64,000 nucleotides of DNA from Octopus vulgaris (Eukaryota): contig OX597814.1 in the NCBI GenBank assembly GCA_951406725.2, positions 152,210,001 to 152,274,000 of the forward strand. The letters run 5' to 3'. Shown in pieces: positions 1 through 14,084 of this stretch. The position numbers and the translations under genes are program-made. Every line of letters begins with the position of its first letter. Position 1 is the first letter of the stretch. The notes beneath the pieces are model-generated. The model searched no databases and had not been told where the DNA came from. It worked only from the letters and a program-made list of their open reading frames with translations.

Positions 1-384
1 ATAATCAACTATTCCCTCCCCCGAAACTACTGGCTTTGTGCTGAAATTTGAAATCAATATTACTTTTATTTAGAAAAGGAAAGAAGGAGAAGAAATCATG
101 TTAAATCCGAGGAATTATAACAATAGTAGAAAACAATTTTAAATCACAACAATAAAAAAAAGTTAACGTGGTGGCGGTGGAGGTCGGAGGTAGATATTGA
201 GTCGAAAGTGTCAGGGTGGAAAAGAAGTTATGAATTCATAATAAAGTTGCAAAAATGTCAATTGAAGAATCAATTCAATAGAGTCTTCTTATCGGTAGAA
301 TAATTTTGGTAGTGCACCGAGATACCCGTAAGCAATGCAACAGTGTTACAGTGCACCGAGAAAGAAATGTGTGCTTGTGTGTTT

Positions 385-731
385 GTGTATAGTGTATTTC
401 CACTGCTTTATACCATATATACATATATACGTGTGTGTCTGTGTGTGTGTGTGTTTTGTTGTAGCCCCAGGCCGACCAAAGCCTTATGAGTGGATTTGGT
501 AGACAGAAAATGAAAGAAGCCAGTCCTGAATGTATACGCACGTGTATATCTATGTATGTGTGTGTGTGTATAGTGTATTTACACTGCTTTATACCATATA
601 TACATATATACGTGTGTGTGTTTGTGTGTGTCTTTTGTTATAGCCCCAGGCCGACCAAAGCCTTATGAGTGGATTTGTTAGACGGAAACTGAAAGAAGCC
701 AGTCCTGGATGTATACACACGTGTATATTTA

Positions 732-740
<9 letters not shown>
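385..740 (+). repeat. ~180-bp tandem duplication including part of a family A SINE
   Basis: TAGCCCCAGGCCGACCAAAGCCTTATGAGTGGATTTG at ~462 and ~641, with the flanking sequence duplicated too. Confidence 0.85.
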
Positions 741-789
<49 letters not shown>

Positions 790-1110
790 TTTGCGTTTTC
801 GTTTGTTTCACCATCACCACCACCACCGCTTGACAACCTGTGTTGATTTCTTTACTTTCGTGTAACCTAGCAGTTCGGCAAAAATAAGCCGATAGAATTA
901 ATATTATGCTTTAACACAAGTAAATAAATAAATTGTAAAAGTAGTGAGATCATTTCGTTCGACTGAAACCCTTCAAGGTGGTGCTCCAGCATGGCCGTAG
1001 TCAAATGACCGAAACTAAAAGATAGATGAAAGGTATACATACACATGTCGTGCATATATACATGCATATAACCGATATATATGTGTATATAAATATATAT
1101 ATATATATAT

Positions 1111-1160
<50 letters not shown>

Positions 1161-1309
1161 CACACACACACAACACACATACATACGCACACATATAAAT
1201 ATACATATACATATATACTATGAATGTATATTGTTTCTTATATACTCATATATTAATACACTTTTGTATACATACAAATTATAAATAAATAAATCTAATA
1301 TATCTAATC

Positions 1310-1446
<137 letters not shown>

Positions 1447-1978
1447 GTATGTCTGTTTGTCTATCCATGTATCTACTTATCTATGTGCTATCACATTTTC
1501 TATCTCTGTATCTACTTCTCCGCAACTAGTTTTCTACCAATATTATCCTTTAGAACACAAAAAGCTATCTACCTATCAAGTTTTTGCTAGCCTCACTAAA
1601 TGCCAGCCTTGAATGAGCTAACATATGATGAAAACATTGCAACCGTAATCAAATTGCTAGTTTTATATATTAAATAAAAAATAATTTTAGTTTCTTCTTT
1701 CCGACAGACGACATTTTCCAACGTGTCCCTTTTTGTTCAAGAAGATACAGGGTCTGATGGAGAAATTTGTTGCTAATTCTTACAGGTCGAACAACCTCGT
1801 AGCGTCTCCTCGTTCATTGATTTGTCAGGCTAAGAAACAGTTTGTATATTCGCTGTGTGTGTGTGTGTGTATACATGAACTATTTTCAAACTGCTTCGGA
1901 AATAAGGATATACACAGATATTGATCAACTGTGTGTCTTTCTATCTGTCTATCTGTCTGACTACGGTCTGTCTATCCG

Positions 1979-2062
<84 letters not shown>

Positions 2063-2078
2063 CTTCTCCCTTCTCCGT

Positions 2079-2160
<82 letters not shown>

Positions 2161-2305
2161 GGCAATTCGTCAACACATGCACACACGTACAACTTCAAGC
2201 GCACAATATTTTAACGTTTGAAACCTTAACACATATCCGTATACATACAAACATAGATACATACATACACACATACACGCACACACGCGCGCAAAAATGC
2301 ATTCA

Positions 2306-2415
2306 TACGAGGCGAGTGCTGAAAAGTTCCTGGCTTTGGGTAAAAGAAAATACAGGAGGATCTGCTAATTATGATTTTATGCAACATATTCCCCTCTCAG
2401 ATTCACAGACTTATT
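2306..2415. mobile_element. Mariner terminal fragment
   Basis: TA-CGAGGCGAGTGCTGAAAAGTTCCTGGCTT resembles a mariner TIR. No partner end was found. Confidence 0.5.
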
Positions 2416-2701
2416 ATTATGAACATATGATAACGTGATCCGAAGCGCACTGTGCATAAAATGTTACAAGATTGTCATAGATGTATTTGGTTTAATCAAG
2501 AGCCATTAATGATGGGTAACAAACAATAATAACATCAAACAACTAACTCCGTAAAGAACGTTATCAGAACTATCCTGCTACCTACAGAGATCTAAGTCTT
2601 TAAGCGATTATTTAGAGTGTATGGTTGCATCTGTTGAGAGTGTGAGTGAATGAGTGTAAAGTTATATTTACTGTTGTGACAAAATCACAACACAGCTCAC
2701 A

Positions 2702-2752
<51 letters not shown>

Positions 2753-2870
2753 ACACACACACACACACAGAGGCACAACGTACATATACACAAATTCATA
2801 GAGATTGGTAGGCAGACAGATAGACAGACAGACAGATTGGCAGATAGATAGATAGATAGATAGATAGATG

Positions 2871-2957
<87 letters not shown>

Positions 2958-3256
2958 TGATTGATTGATTGATTGATTGATTGCTTGATCTATCGATTGA
3001 TCGATCGGTTGGTTGATTATTTGTTGAGTTAAATGTTCTTATCTCAGGAATATGGTTAGTGCCACCTGAAGAACTTAAAGTGCGATGTGTGAGCGCCAAT
3101 ATGTCTTTTAAATTAAAGTGATTCCAAGAAAATACAGTACATTTCTTCTGAAAACACACACACACACACAGAAGCATACATATATACATACATAAATACA
3201 CACACACACACACACACACACAGAAGCATACGTATATACATACATAAATACACACG

Positions 3257-3311
<55 letters not shown>

Positions 3312-3589
3312 ACATACATATATACATACATATATTTCTATTTCAGTACACACAAACGAACGCGCGCTTAAATGAGTCAGTATGTTTGCGCGTGTATACA
3401 CACGCACATCTGTAAAGAGATAATGAAAATCTAAAAATAACAGAAACTGCATATATTATTAAACAAATACAGATAAATACACACGTGTATGATGAATCTA
3501 GTTATACATGCATATGTTTGTGTGTGCATCTGTGAAAATATATTTACATAGAAATGTTTAATATACAGCAGCACGTGCATGTTGTTACA

Positions 3590-3654
<65 letters not shown>

Positions 3655-3726
3655 TGCGTGTATATATACATGTAGAGGTTGGTACGTACATATATGTATA
3701 TATATATGCATATGTTTTATTTATTA

Positions 3727-3836
<110 letters not shown>

Positions 3837-4941
3837 TACATATATGCCTACACACACACATATGAAATTGTATTACATTATATTATATTACATCTATTAT
3901 ATTACATGCGTATATGTGTGCCTCTATATATGTATATATATACAAAACATGTTTACTCACATTTTTTTTTCTGTGTTGTTTTTAAATCCAGTGAACTTAC
4001 TCCGTGTGTGTGTTGTTAATCCTTTCACAGAGTCTTTCGCTTCCAAGTTATCAACAAGTTGCAAAGAGAAGCATAGAAATATAATGTTGTAAGGGAAACA
4101 GGAAAAATCTCTCTCTGTTATTAGAGACAGATACAGCGAGTTTTCTTCAAGAACTCGCCTGTTTGTTTCTCTGGAGGTGTGCAACACTTCTCGCTTCAAC
4201 AATGCGTCTTTTTGTAAAGCTGTAAACTCTCTCTCCCTCCCTACCTGCACTTACTTAAGATCTTAGTGTCCATTTAGAAATTCAATAATTTATGTATATG
4301 TATGCATGTATGTGTCTATGTGTGTGTGTGTATTGAAGTATGTATGCATGTAGGTGTGTATGCATGTACGTATGTGTGTCTCGTAATATATGTAAATATA
4401 TATGTATGTTTATAAGTGAAAGTATAGATCTAAATCTCCTCAGGGCCACTCACTCACTCACACTCACACTCTAAATCTCCTCAGGACCACTCACACACTC
4501 ACACTCAAACTCACACTCTTACACTCCCACAAATACCTGTAAAGGCCCGTTTTCATTTTGTTTCTTCCTTTGTTTCATTTAATTTTAAATTATCGTCTGC
4601 TTCAATCATTTCATTAAATTGTTTCTCTCATTTTGGATTTAAAAAATTTTTTTATACTTCTTTTTCTACACCCCTCAATTTGTTGTTGAGATTAATTTTG
4701 TTGTTATATGAATAAAATAAATTATAAATGTTATCTTCTTTTGTTGCTGACAATTTAGCATATGTGAAATATCATATGATCCGCCCGTTCCTGACAAGGA
4801 ATAGAAACCATTTCCACGTAGAGAGTTCGCTAGCTAGAGAGAGCGATAGGTAGATATACAGAGAGAAAGGGAGAGAGGAAGGGAGATAGACAGAGGGAGA
4901 GAGAGAGAGGAAAGAAACTATGGTAGAAACTGATAGACGGT

Positions 4942-5019
<78 letters not shown>

Positions 5020-5490
5020 TGGATGGATAACTGGAAGGGATACGTAATCGGAGAGTTATAGGAAGACTTTGACGATTAAATTGACAGACGGCAACCTGCA
5101 GCAACAGCAGCAGTTACAACAACAGCAGTAGCAGCTGCAACAACAACAACAAAAACAACTAAAAACAACATTAACTAAAAACAACAAGAACAGTCGCAAA
5201 GGCAAGCCTGTAGACTGCCCCTCCCCTACTATGGTATTCGTCAATGGAAGAGAACTGAGATGGGATGTCGCTGTTATAGGGCAGCAGTTGACAGAAAGTG
5301 CTTTAAACACTAGCAGCAGAAAAGTTGCTCCGCGTATGCATGAAAATCGACGGTGTGAAAAAAACCTGCAGTCTGTGACGAAAGCAAACACTAGACTTAA
5401 CGTAAGAATTTCTATGTAACCGGCTACCAAACCAGCCAGCGGCCAAACACTGGCATCACCAGTTTGTCAGTAATTTCTATCAATCCATCC

Positions 5491-5581
<91 letters not shown>

Positions 5582-5599
5582 AATCTATCTATATCTATA

Positions 5600-6074
<475 letters not shown>

Positions 6075-6082
6075 GTATATGT

Positions 6083-6116
<34 letters not shown>

Positions 6117-6117
6117 A

Positions 6118-6496
6118 CTAGCAGTATCGCCCGGCGTTGCTCAGGTTTGTAAGGGAAATAACTATAAAGCATTTTTAGAGAGTTATAGCCAAAAAATAGC
6201 AAAAAAATGGGAAAAAAATGATGGTAAATTTTTTTTGAGAGTTAAAAAAGGTGGAGTTGCATCCCCTAGACAGTCTGTGGTTTGTTTTTTGATTCTCGAC
6301 CCCATGTCGAATTTATCGATTTTTTTTCAGAACTGGGGTTAACTTTTCAAAATTTTCGCTGCGTTAGTTTTGAATTATGACATTGGGCTATGTGTGTGTC
6401 AAGTTTCATCAGAATCGGTTGAAAGCCGTGGTCAGGGTGAGGGTACGAGAAAACAGACACACAGAAACACGCACAGACAAACTGCCGTTTATATAT

Positions 6497-6501
<5 letters not shown>
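6118..6501 (-). mobile_element. Non-autonomous Helitron copy 1
   Basis: The minus strand starts A|TC and ends CTAG|T, with a subterminal GC hairpin (CCTGAGCAACGCCGGG). Inserted in (TA)n. A highly similar second copy lies at 47435. Confidence 0.8.
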
Positions 6502-6565
<64 letters not shown>

Positions 6566-6935
6566 AGAATTCTGTCAATGAACAGGTCCCGTTCTCAAAG
6601 CAACGAAAATATTTTGGCAAATTTAATTTAATTGTTGAAGTGAATCTAACGGTTTTTGTGTGTTTCTTAAATGGCTTATGAACACATTCCACGTTGCAAT
6701 TGTTTATATACATACATACATACATACATACATACATACATACATACATACATACATACGTACACACACGTACACACACACATACACACACAGGTACATG
6801 TGCGTAAACACACAACTTAAATTAAGTGTTGGTCACTACTCAAGTGTCATGACACATAGAGAGAGGGAGAGAGAGAGAGAGCGAGGGATACAGAAATGAG
6901 GACTGCGTTTGGAAATGTGCTACTGTGGATGCATA

Positions 6936-6992
<57 letters not shown>

Positions 6993-7253
6993 CTTTATAA
7001 TTCCTTAGACGTTGGCGTGCGTTTTAGTTTCGTCAAGCGTACGACACACACATGGTCGCACTTATACATTTAAACAAACACACACACACAAGTCGAGAAG
7101 TAACAGCAAGAATAAGATATGCTAAATATCTATATTATATACTGCTGTATGCTTAAATGGAGTCTGGCCTCTGTGCACGAATACGGACGCAAGCACATAG
7201 ACACATACATACAAGACGTACCCACTCCCTTTCTCATTCGCGGTCATTTCATA

Positions 7254-7312
<59 letters not shown>

Positions 7313-7323
7313 ATGTGTGTATG

Positions 7324-7372
<49 letters not shown>

Positions 7373-7376
<4 letters not shown>

Positions 7377-7673
7377 ATCAAAATAAAAACATATGCCAAG
7401 GATTCAGCGGTACATATGTTTCGGGCCTTTATTAAACAGATTTATAACAATGCATAATGTATGTCTGTGGCCTTCTTCAGCCGCGCACAACACCTTCCAC
7501 AAGGACATGTGTTACATCAAAAATTCTTGGTTGGGGATGCAAATCCTCTCATTCGCGTACGACATAATGCGGCAACAGCATAGAATTGAAGCGTCCATTT
7601 CTTTCTTCTCTCAATGTAGAATGAGGAAATTTGGATGTTGAAGTAATGTAAATAAATAAATACATATATAGAC
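7373..7673 (-). repeat. Inverted pseudo-LTR (5' copy) of the PLE
   Basis: Reverse complement of 11868-12169 with about 5 differences in ~300 bp. It joins directly to the truncated ORF at 7673/7674. Confidence 0.95.
7407..7484 (-). ncRNA. Type I hammerhead ribozyme motif in the inverted pseudo-LTR
   Basis: The minus strand reads GCGG-CTGAAGA-AGGCC...GGCCC-GAAACATATGTA-CCGC. Stem I (GCGG/CCGC) is perfect in this copy. Confidence 0.82.
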
Positions 7674-9960
7674 AACTACGCACTGGAAAATTTTGAAAAA
7701 GACTTAATCGACCTCATTACCAACATCAACATTAGTAAGCATAAGACCATTTCCAACACCCACTTAAGGAGCCTTAAAGATTTCCTGCATTCACTTAGGA
7801 ACGATGAGAGTCTTATCATACCCGCCGACAAGACTGGGAACTGGTATAGGTTAGACTACCAAACCTACAAATCACTCATCATGAGGGAACTTAGCAAAAA
7901 ATATAAAACTACTTCTACGGATAACCTTAAGGAAATTAACTACAAAATCAAGGAAGTTATGAGCAAATTAGACCTCCTGGACAGAACGGAACCTATCAAA
8001 CCACAAGTACCCAAAATTACTATTAAAGACCATAAGGAAGACTTCCCGGATAATGTAGGAGTACGATTAATCTGTCCGACTAAATCGGATATCGGCAGAC
8101 TTAGCAAGACCATCCTGGACAAGGTGATCCCACGCATCAAACCCCACATCCCACTCCAACTATGGATTAACACCGACGATGTGCTAGAATGGTTTAACAC
8201 AATCACCAATAGACCCAACTACTCATTCATCCAATTCGACATAGCTAGCTACTACGCCAGTATATCCCCCATCTTACTTAACAAATCCCTTATTTGCCCG
8301 CAACCGTTCGCTCATAGACAGAGAAAAAATTGACATAATACTATTAGCTAGAAAAACCATTATAGAATTCGACGGTAGACTTTGGACCAGATCCGATACC
8401 CCCGACAATTTTGATGTGGCTATGGGCTCGAGCGATTCAGCTCAGGTGACTGACTTGGTCGGGGCCTACCTGCTCAAGAAGCTTTTCTCCGAGGTACCGG
8501 ATCTTCAGGGGGGTCTATACAGAGATGACGCTCTCTTCATATACCCCACCAACAATAGGAGTAAACTAGAAAGAATTAGGAAAAAGATCAGGCTTTTTTT
8601 CAAATCCTTCAATCTTAAACTAGAATTTATGACCAATACTAAAATAGTAAACTTCTTAGATGTTACGTTAGACTTGAATAAGCACCTTCACCACCCGTAT
8701 AGGAAACCCGAAGAAACTACCAAATACATCCATACCTCTTCCAACCATCCACCCTGTATAATTAGCACCACGGTCCAAGCCATCTCAGACAGACTTACAA
8801 AACTATCCTCTAATAGAGAAATTTTCAATAATCACGCACAACACTACAACCAGGCTCTCTATAGTGCTGGGTATAACCAGAGAATATCATATGTAGACCA
8901 CCCGGGAACGTCCGTCGGCCATAAAACTCCCAATTATAATCGAACTCCGCACTCAACTCACACTAGCGATAATTCTAATTTAAACTCCAAACAACGTATA
9001 GGAAATAGGCGAACTAATAGAATAGCACACAATAGTAACCCTCCCGACGAGAGCAATATAGATCCTATTAGGAGAAATAGAAGTGATAATAGTCGATCAC
9101 GCAAATATATATGGTTCAACATACCATACAACTTAGCAGTTAGGGGTAAGTTATGTAAGAGAATATTCTCTATCATTTCCAACAACTTCCCACCCACCCA
9201 TAAGTACAGAAGTATCTTCTCCAACAAAACCATTAGGATTTCCTACTCTACCCTGCCCAACATGAGCTGCCTCATAGCTAAACATAACTATATTAATATT
9301 AGAACAGCTAGATCAAGAGCAAGCTATAGCGACCAACCGAACCCCCCTCATCCAGATAGTAGACAATATAATCAGACTGGCAGCCATATTACCCAAACAG
9401 TTAGTAATAACACCCGCCAATACAACAGAGGAAATACTACACCCACCAACAACCAGGAGGATATCAACGCCCCCACTCGTATTGCAACACCTCCGCCTGG
9501 GATTAGCAGCACACGACCGAATAATGCAATGCAATGCAACTGCATATGTGCCACAGAGTGCCCGCTACAGGGCGCATGTAGGGCGAAAAACGTAATATAT
9601 TCATGTGAGGTGAGTACCCAGTTTAACACACTCACCTACATAGGTTGCTCAACCTCCTGGAAATCCAGATACTACAACCACCGGTCCTCGCTGAAGCACA
9701 GACATAAGGCTAACAGCACCTCCCTTTCTAAAAAAATTTGGGAATTAAAAGACAAATGCATAGGCTTCAAACTCAGGTGGTCCATCATCGGATCAGCTGC
9801 ACCTTATTTAAATAATAGAGCAGGGTGCCAACTATGTTGTGTAGAACTCCTGAACATCTTGAAATTCAAAGACAAACACAATCTTATTAACAAAAGGTCA
9901 GAGTTCAAACCATCCTGTATACACAAACTTATTAATACTTTCAAATACTACAAAGCTTAG
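7674..9960 (+). pseudogene. PLE reverse transcriptase / GIY-YIG endonuclease ORF, 5'-truncated, single frameshift near 8292
   Basis: The frame of ORF 7881 is open from ~7674: ALENFEKDLIDLITNI...PADKTGNWY (PLE N-terminal DKT motif), then FIQFDIASYYASI (RT motif A). After the frameshift the frame of ORF 8416 reads FDVAMGSSDSAQVTDL (motif B), GLYRDDAL (motif C), NFLDVTLD, YRKP..YIHTSSNHPP (thumb), CNCICATECP, VIY...YIG (9592-9645), KSRYYNH, CQLC, LINKRSE..CIH. The DKT, YRDD and CNC..CP pattern resembles the Hydra clade of PLEs (clade call tentative). Confidence 0.92.
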
Positions 9961-10107
9961 GTTATTATACCAACTCCCCCATGCAATTTCCTCCCACCCG
10001 GTGCAACCTGTCGGCTCCAGCACATCCCGCTTTCCTATATGTGCGTGTATATGCGTATATGTGTGCGTATATATATATATGTATGTGCACGTATGTGTAT
10101 GTATATG

Positions 10108-10162
<55 letters not shown>

Positions 10163-11867
10163 GTGTGTGGGTGTGTGTATGTGCATATATGTTTTTCCCT
10201 GCATTTTCCTCCTATATATGCACATTTTGTCTCCCATATATGTCTTTTTTTCCCTACATATTTCTTCTCCTACACCCATATGCTTCCTATATAGTCTCTT
10301 TATTTCCCTATATCTACACCCTTTCACATTTCTAACTCGGATGTTGAACGCACACCGCCAAACTCCACTTCCCACCCTTCCAATTTTCAGTTCCCCCCGC
10401 CCGCCCCTACGTGGGCACCTTTAACACACACCTCTAGCTTTCAACCACCTTCATCTCACGTTAAACTTTACCAGATTATATTTTTATTTTATTTTATTTT
10501 TATTTTTATTTTTACTTTTATTTTGCTTTATCCTATTCTACTTCGCTTTACCTTTATTCTCATTTTTATTTTCATCCCTTACCTTAATTCTTATAATTTT
10601 TATAATTTTTATATTTCATTTCTAACTTTTACATTGTATTTCTTATTTTATATTGTATTTCTTACTTTTATTTCTAATTTTTACTCTTACCCTCATTCTT
10701 ACCCCTAACTTATCGCTTTATATCTCTATATATGTCTATTTTTTTCCTTATCCCTTATTTACTTACCTATGGACCTGCTTTATGATTATACGAGCGTCCG
10801 TGTACGTATGTATACGTATACATATGTGTACATATGTACGAGTAAACATCTACGTCTGGATGTGCATACCCCGTATTTCTTTACATTTTTTTACATGTTT
10901 TCTTATACTCATATGTTTACACCTATTTGTATACATCTTTTAATATCTTATAGCTATACCCATATGCGCGTATGTCTCTGTGTGTGTATGTAAGTGTATA
11001 TGTGCACGCATATATGGACACACAGCCGTGTGTGCGTGCACGTGTGGACGTGAGTGCGTGATTCTTTACATACGTTCTTATTTACATCCTTTAATATCTT
11101 ATATCTAAACCTGGAAACGTGGGCATATGTGTATGTGTATGTAAGGATGGACGCACGTATGTATATATGGGTGTGTACACGTATAATGTCCGTGTATACA
11201 TGCGGATATTCTGTTGTATGTATGTATATGTACGCGCGTGCGTGTGAGTGTATGTGTGTTTATGTACATGTTTACAAGTGAGTGCGTGTGTATGCTTATA
11301 GGCTTGGAGCCGTGTATGCGCGCGTATATGTGCGCGCGTATATGTGCGCGTGTATATGGGTGTATGTATCCATGATGGTATGTATGTACAAGATGACCAA
11401 TTAATTCAAAGAACTAGATTAAACGCTCAACAGCTCTGATTTACAACACACTAGGTCCCCAGACAACTTCTACAACTAAACTTTATCAATCTCCTGACCA
11501 CCATGTTTGGTCCGTAACCTCTATACATCCCTTATCTTTATATTTTTTTATATTTTTTTACATTTTTATCATGTTTATTCCTATTCCTATTTTTATTTTT
11601 TTACTTTTTACTTTTTTTTACTTTTTACTTTTTACTTTTTACTTTTTACTTTTACTTTTATTTCTATTTCTATCTTTACTTTATAACCTTATGCCTTTAC
11701 ATTCATTTATATTTCTTTATATTTCTTTATATTCTTTATACCCCCTTTACATCCCATTATATCCCTTTATATCTTTATACTCTACATTTTTATATTTTTC
11801 TATACTTACACTTTTTATACATACATTTTTTATCCCTCGTCCTGAATTCTCGCCCCTCCATCTTCAC

Positions 11868-12169
11868 GTCTATATATGTATTTATTTATTTACATTACTT
11901 CAACATCCAAATTTCCTCATTCTACATTGAGAGAAGAAAGAGATGGACGCTTCAATTCTATGCTGTTGCCGCATTATGTCGTACGCGAATGAGAGGATTT
12001 GCATCCCCAACCAAGAATTTTTGATGTAACACATGTCCTTGTGGAAGGTGTTGTGCGCGGCTGAAGAAGGCCACAGACATACATTATGCATTGTTATAAA
12101 TCTGTCTAATAAAGGCCCGAAACATATGTACCACTGAATCCTTGGCATCATGTTTATATTTTGATCAAT
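11868..12169 (+). repeat. Pseudo-LTR (3' copy) of the PLE
   Basis: Inverted partner of 7373-7673. Contains the hammerhead core. Confidence 0.95.
12057..12134 (+). ncRNA. Type I hammerhead ribozyme motif (PLE-associated, palindromic minimal stem III)
   Basis: Order: GCGG, CTGAAGA (12061-67), A, GGCC-ACAGA...TCTGT...GGCC, C, GAAAC (12119-23). Stem III is the palindrome ACATATGT and the cleavage triplet is GTA (12128-30). The 3' strand of stem I is CCAC, with one mismatch. Confidence 0.8.
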
Positions 12170-12239
12170 TTACTCCACCACCTACACCACCAAACGGTAT
12201 ACACAGGTGCTTATAATTATCAAGTACTCACCCCGAATT

Positions 12240-12314
<75 letters not shown>

Positions 12315-12409
12315 GCATGCACACACACATATGACAGATGGTTAAGTGCGAGAGATCTACCGAAAAGCAATCTTAAATGAATTGATTTGGCATTATAACT
12401 CTAATGTAC

Positions 12410-12810
12410 GGCGGCGAGCTGGCTGAAACGTTAGCATGCCGGGCGAAATGCTTAGCGGTATTTCGTCTGCCGCTACGTTCTGAGTTCAAATTCCGCCGAT
12501 GTCGACTTTGCCTTTCATCCTTTCGGGGTCGATTAAATAAGTACCAGTTACGCACTGGGGTCGATGTAATCGACTTAATCCCTTTGTCTGTCCTTGTTCG
12601 TCCCCTCTGTGTTTAGCCCCTTGTGGGTAGTAAAGAAATAGGTATTTAATCTGTCTTTACGTTCTGATTTCAAATTCCGCTGCGGTTGACTTTGCCTTTC
12701 ATCCTTTCAGGGTCAATAAATTAAGTACCAGTTGCGTACTGGAGTCGATCTAATCGACTGCCTCTCCTGCTTCAAAATTTCGGGCCTAGTTACTTGAGTA
12801 GAAAAGATTA
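12410..12810 (+). mobile_element. SINE family B dimer (one head, two bodies)
   Basis: Head GGCGGCGAGCTGGC..., B box GAGTTCAAATTCC, core GCCTTTCATCCTTTCGGGGTCGAT. The second body starts at AAAGAAATA|GGTATTT (~12641). Confidence 0.85.
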
Positions 12811-13080
12811 TAACTGTGATGTGTTGATAAGTCAATAAAGTTAATGAATATTACTATCCAACTGTACAAGGGAGGGAACTCCCCGAATTCAATTGAGCAA
12901 AACTTAAGTACATCGTACGTGGGTTTAGAAGTGATCTTTCCAAGGCATATTTCCTTTATATTACCAGGCGGTTATCAGCGAGTTAATTTTATCGAAAAGG
13001 TCTCATCACAAACTGATCACAATATGCAATATCTACCTTATATGTGTGTTTCTGTGTATTTATGTACCTGAGACTTTTCC

Positions 13081-13117
<37 letters not shown>

Positions 13118-13547
13118 GTGTGTGTGTGTGCGTGTGTGTATGTGTGTGTCCATGTGTGTATCGGCGGTGGATGTTAGTATCTTTGTAAATTTTGGAAAGA
13201 AAGTAATATGTGGTGTTTAGGATACGTCGCGTTACGATTTGTGTTCAAATCACGCCCAGGCTGATTTTCATTTGTTTTTCCCCCAGCTCGATAAAATAAA
13301 TACCAGAAAAAGACAAGGATCGATTCCACCACCTAAAATGCCTTTGAAAAAAACATGAAGATGAAAAGCATGTGTGTATATATGTATGTGTGCATACCTG
13401 TATGCATACGTGTGTGTGTGTGTGCGTGTGAGTCGCGTATGTGCGTGTATATATACATAAAAGGATATGTGTGTATGTCTACGCATACACGTAGAAGCGT
13501 AGGTCTGTGTGCAGATATACACATATATATTGAATATATATACATAC

Positions 13548-13636
<89 letters not shown>

Positions 13637-13639
13637 TAT

Positions 13640-14001
13640 GCCTTCGGTGCGAATGGTTTTTTGTTATACGGTGCCGTGTTTACAATCCCGTAAATAATAA
13701 TAATGGTATTTTTATATAAGCTTAAAGCTTATGGCGATCACCGTGCAATAACTAAAGAAAATAATCTAATAAAAGGGCATATAAAATTTCGACAGAAGAA
13801 AGGAGGCTTTCCTCCACGCGGATAGGAAAGCCTTTTTTTTTTTTTCCTGTCCAGGGCTTATATGCCCCTTTATTAGACTGTTTTCCTTAGTTATTGCACA
13901 ATGATTGCCATAAGCTTCAAGCTTATACAGAAATACCATCATTATTATTTACAGGATTGTAAAACACGGTCTCGCATATTAAAACCATTCATACTGAAAG
14001 C
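13640..14001. mobile_element. ~360-bp imperfect foldback element in (TA)n
   Basis: GCCTTCGGTGCGAATGGTTTT... pairs with ...AAAACCATTCATACTGAAAGC. The arms align throughout to the centre AGGCTTTCCT-ccacgcggat-AGGAAAGCCT. (TA)n flanks both sides. Confidence 0.85.

Positions 14002-14084
<83 letters not shown>

Larger units (their letters stand above)
7373..12240 (+). mobile_element. Penelope-like retroelement (PLE), C-terminal EN+, 5'-truncated with inverted pseudo-LTR, inserted in a (TA)n/(CT)n microsatellite
   Basis: RT and GIY-YIG coding region at 7674-9960. 7373-7673 is the reverse complement of 11868-12169. The 3' copy has an extra ~70-nt tail (12170-12240). Both ends abut (TA)n or (CT)n(TA)n, and no TSD is visible. 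Hammerhead motifs lie in the repeats. Confidence 0.93.

Noticed and set aside
5095-5420. CAG/CAA tract followed by a short ORF (possible polyQ exon)
   Set aside because: There is no sustained open frame or recognisable domain. It looks like a decayed trinucleotide repeat.
7393-7641. 82-83-aa ORF present twice (also 11900-12151 minus)
   Set aside because: It lies in the inverted pseudo-LTR, antisense to the element. The duplication explains the identity, and no protein motif is recognisable.
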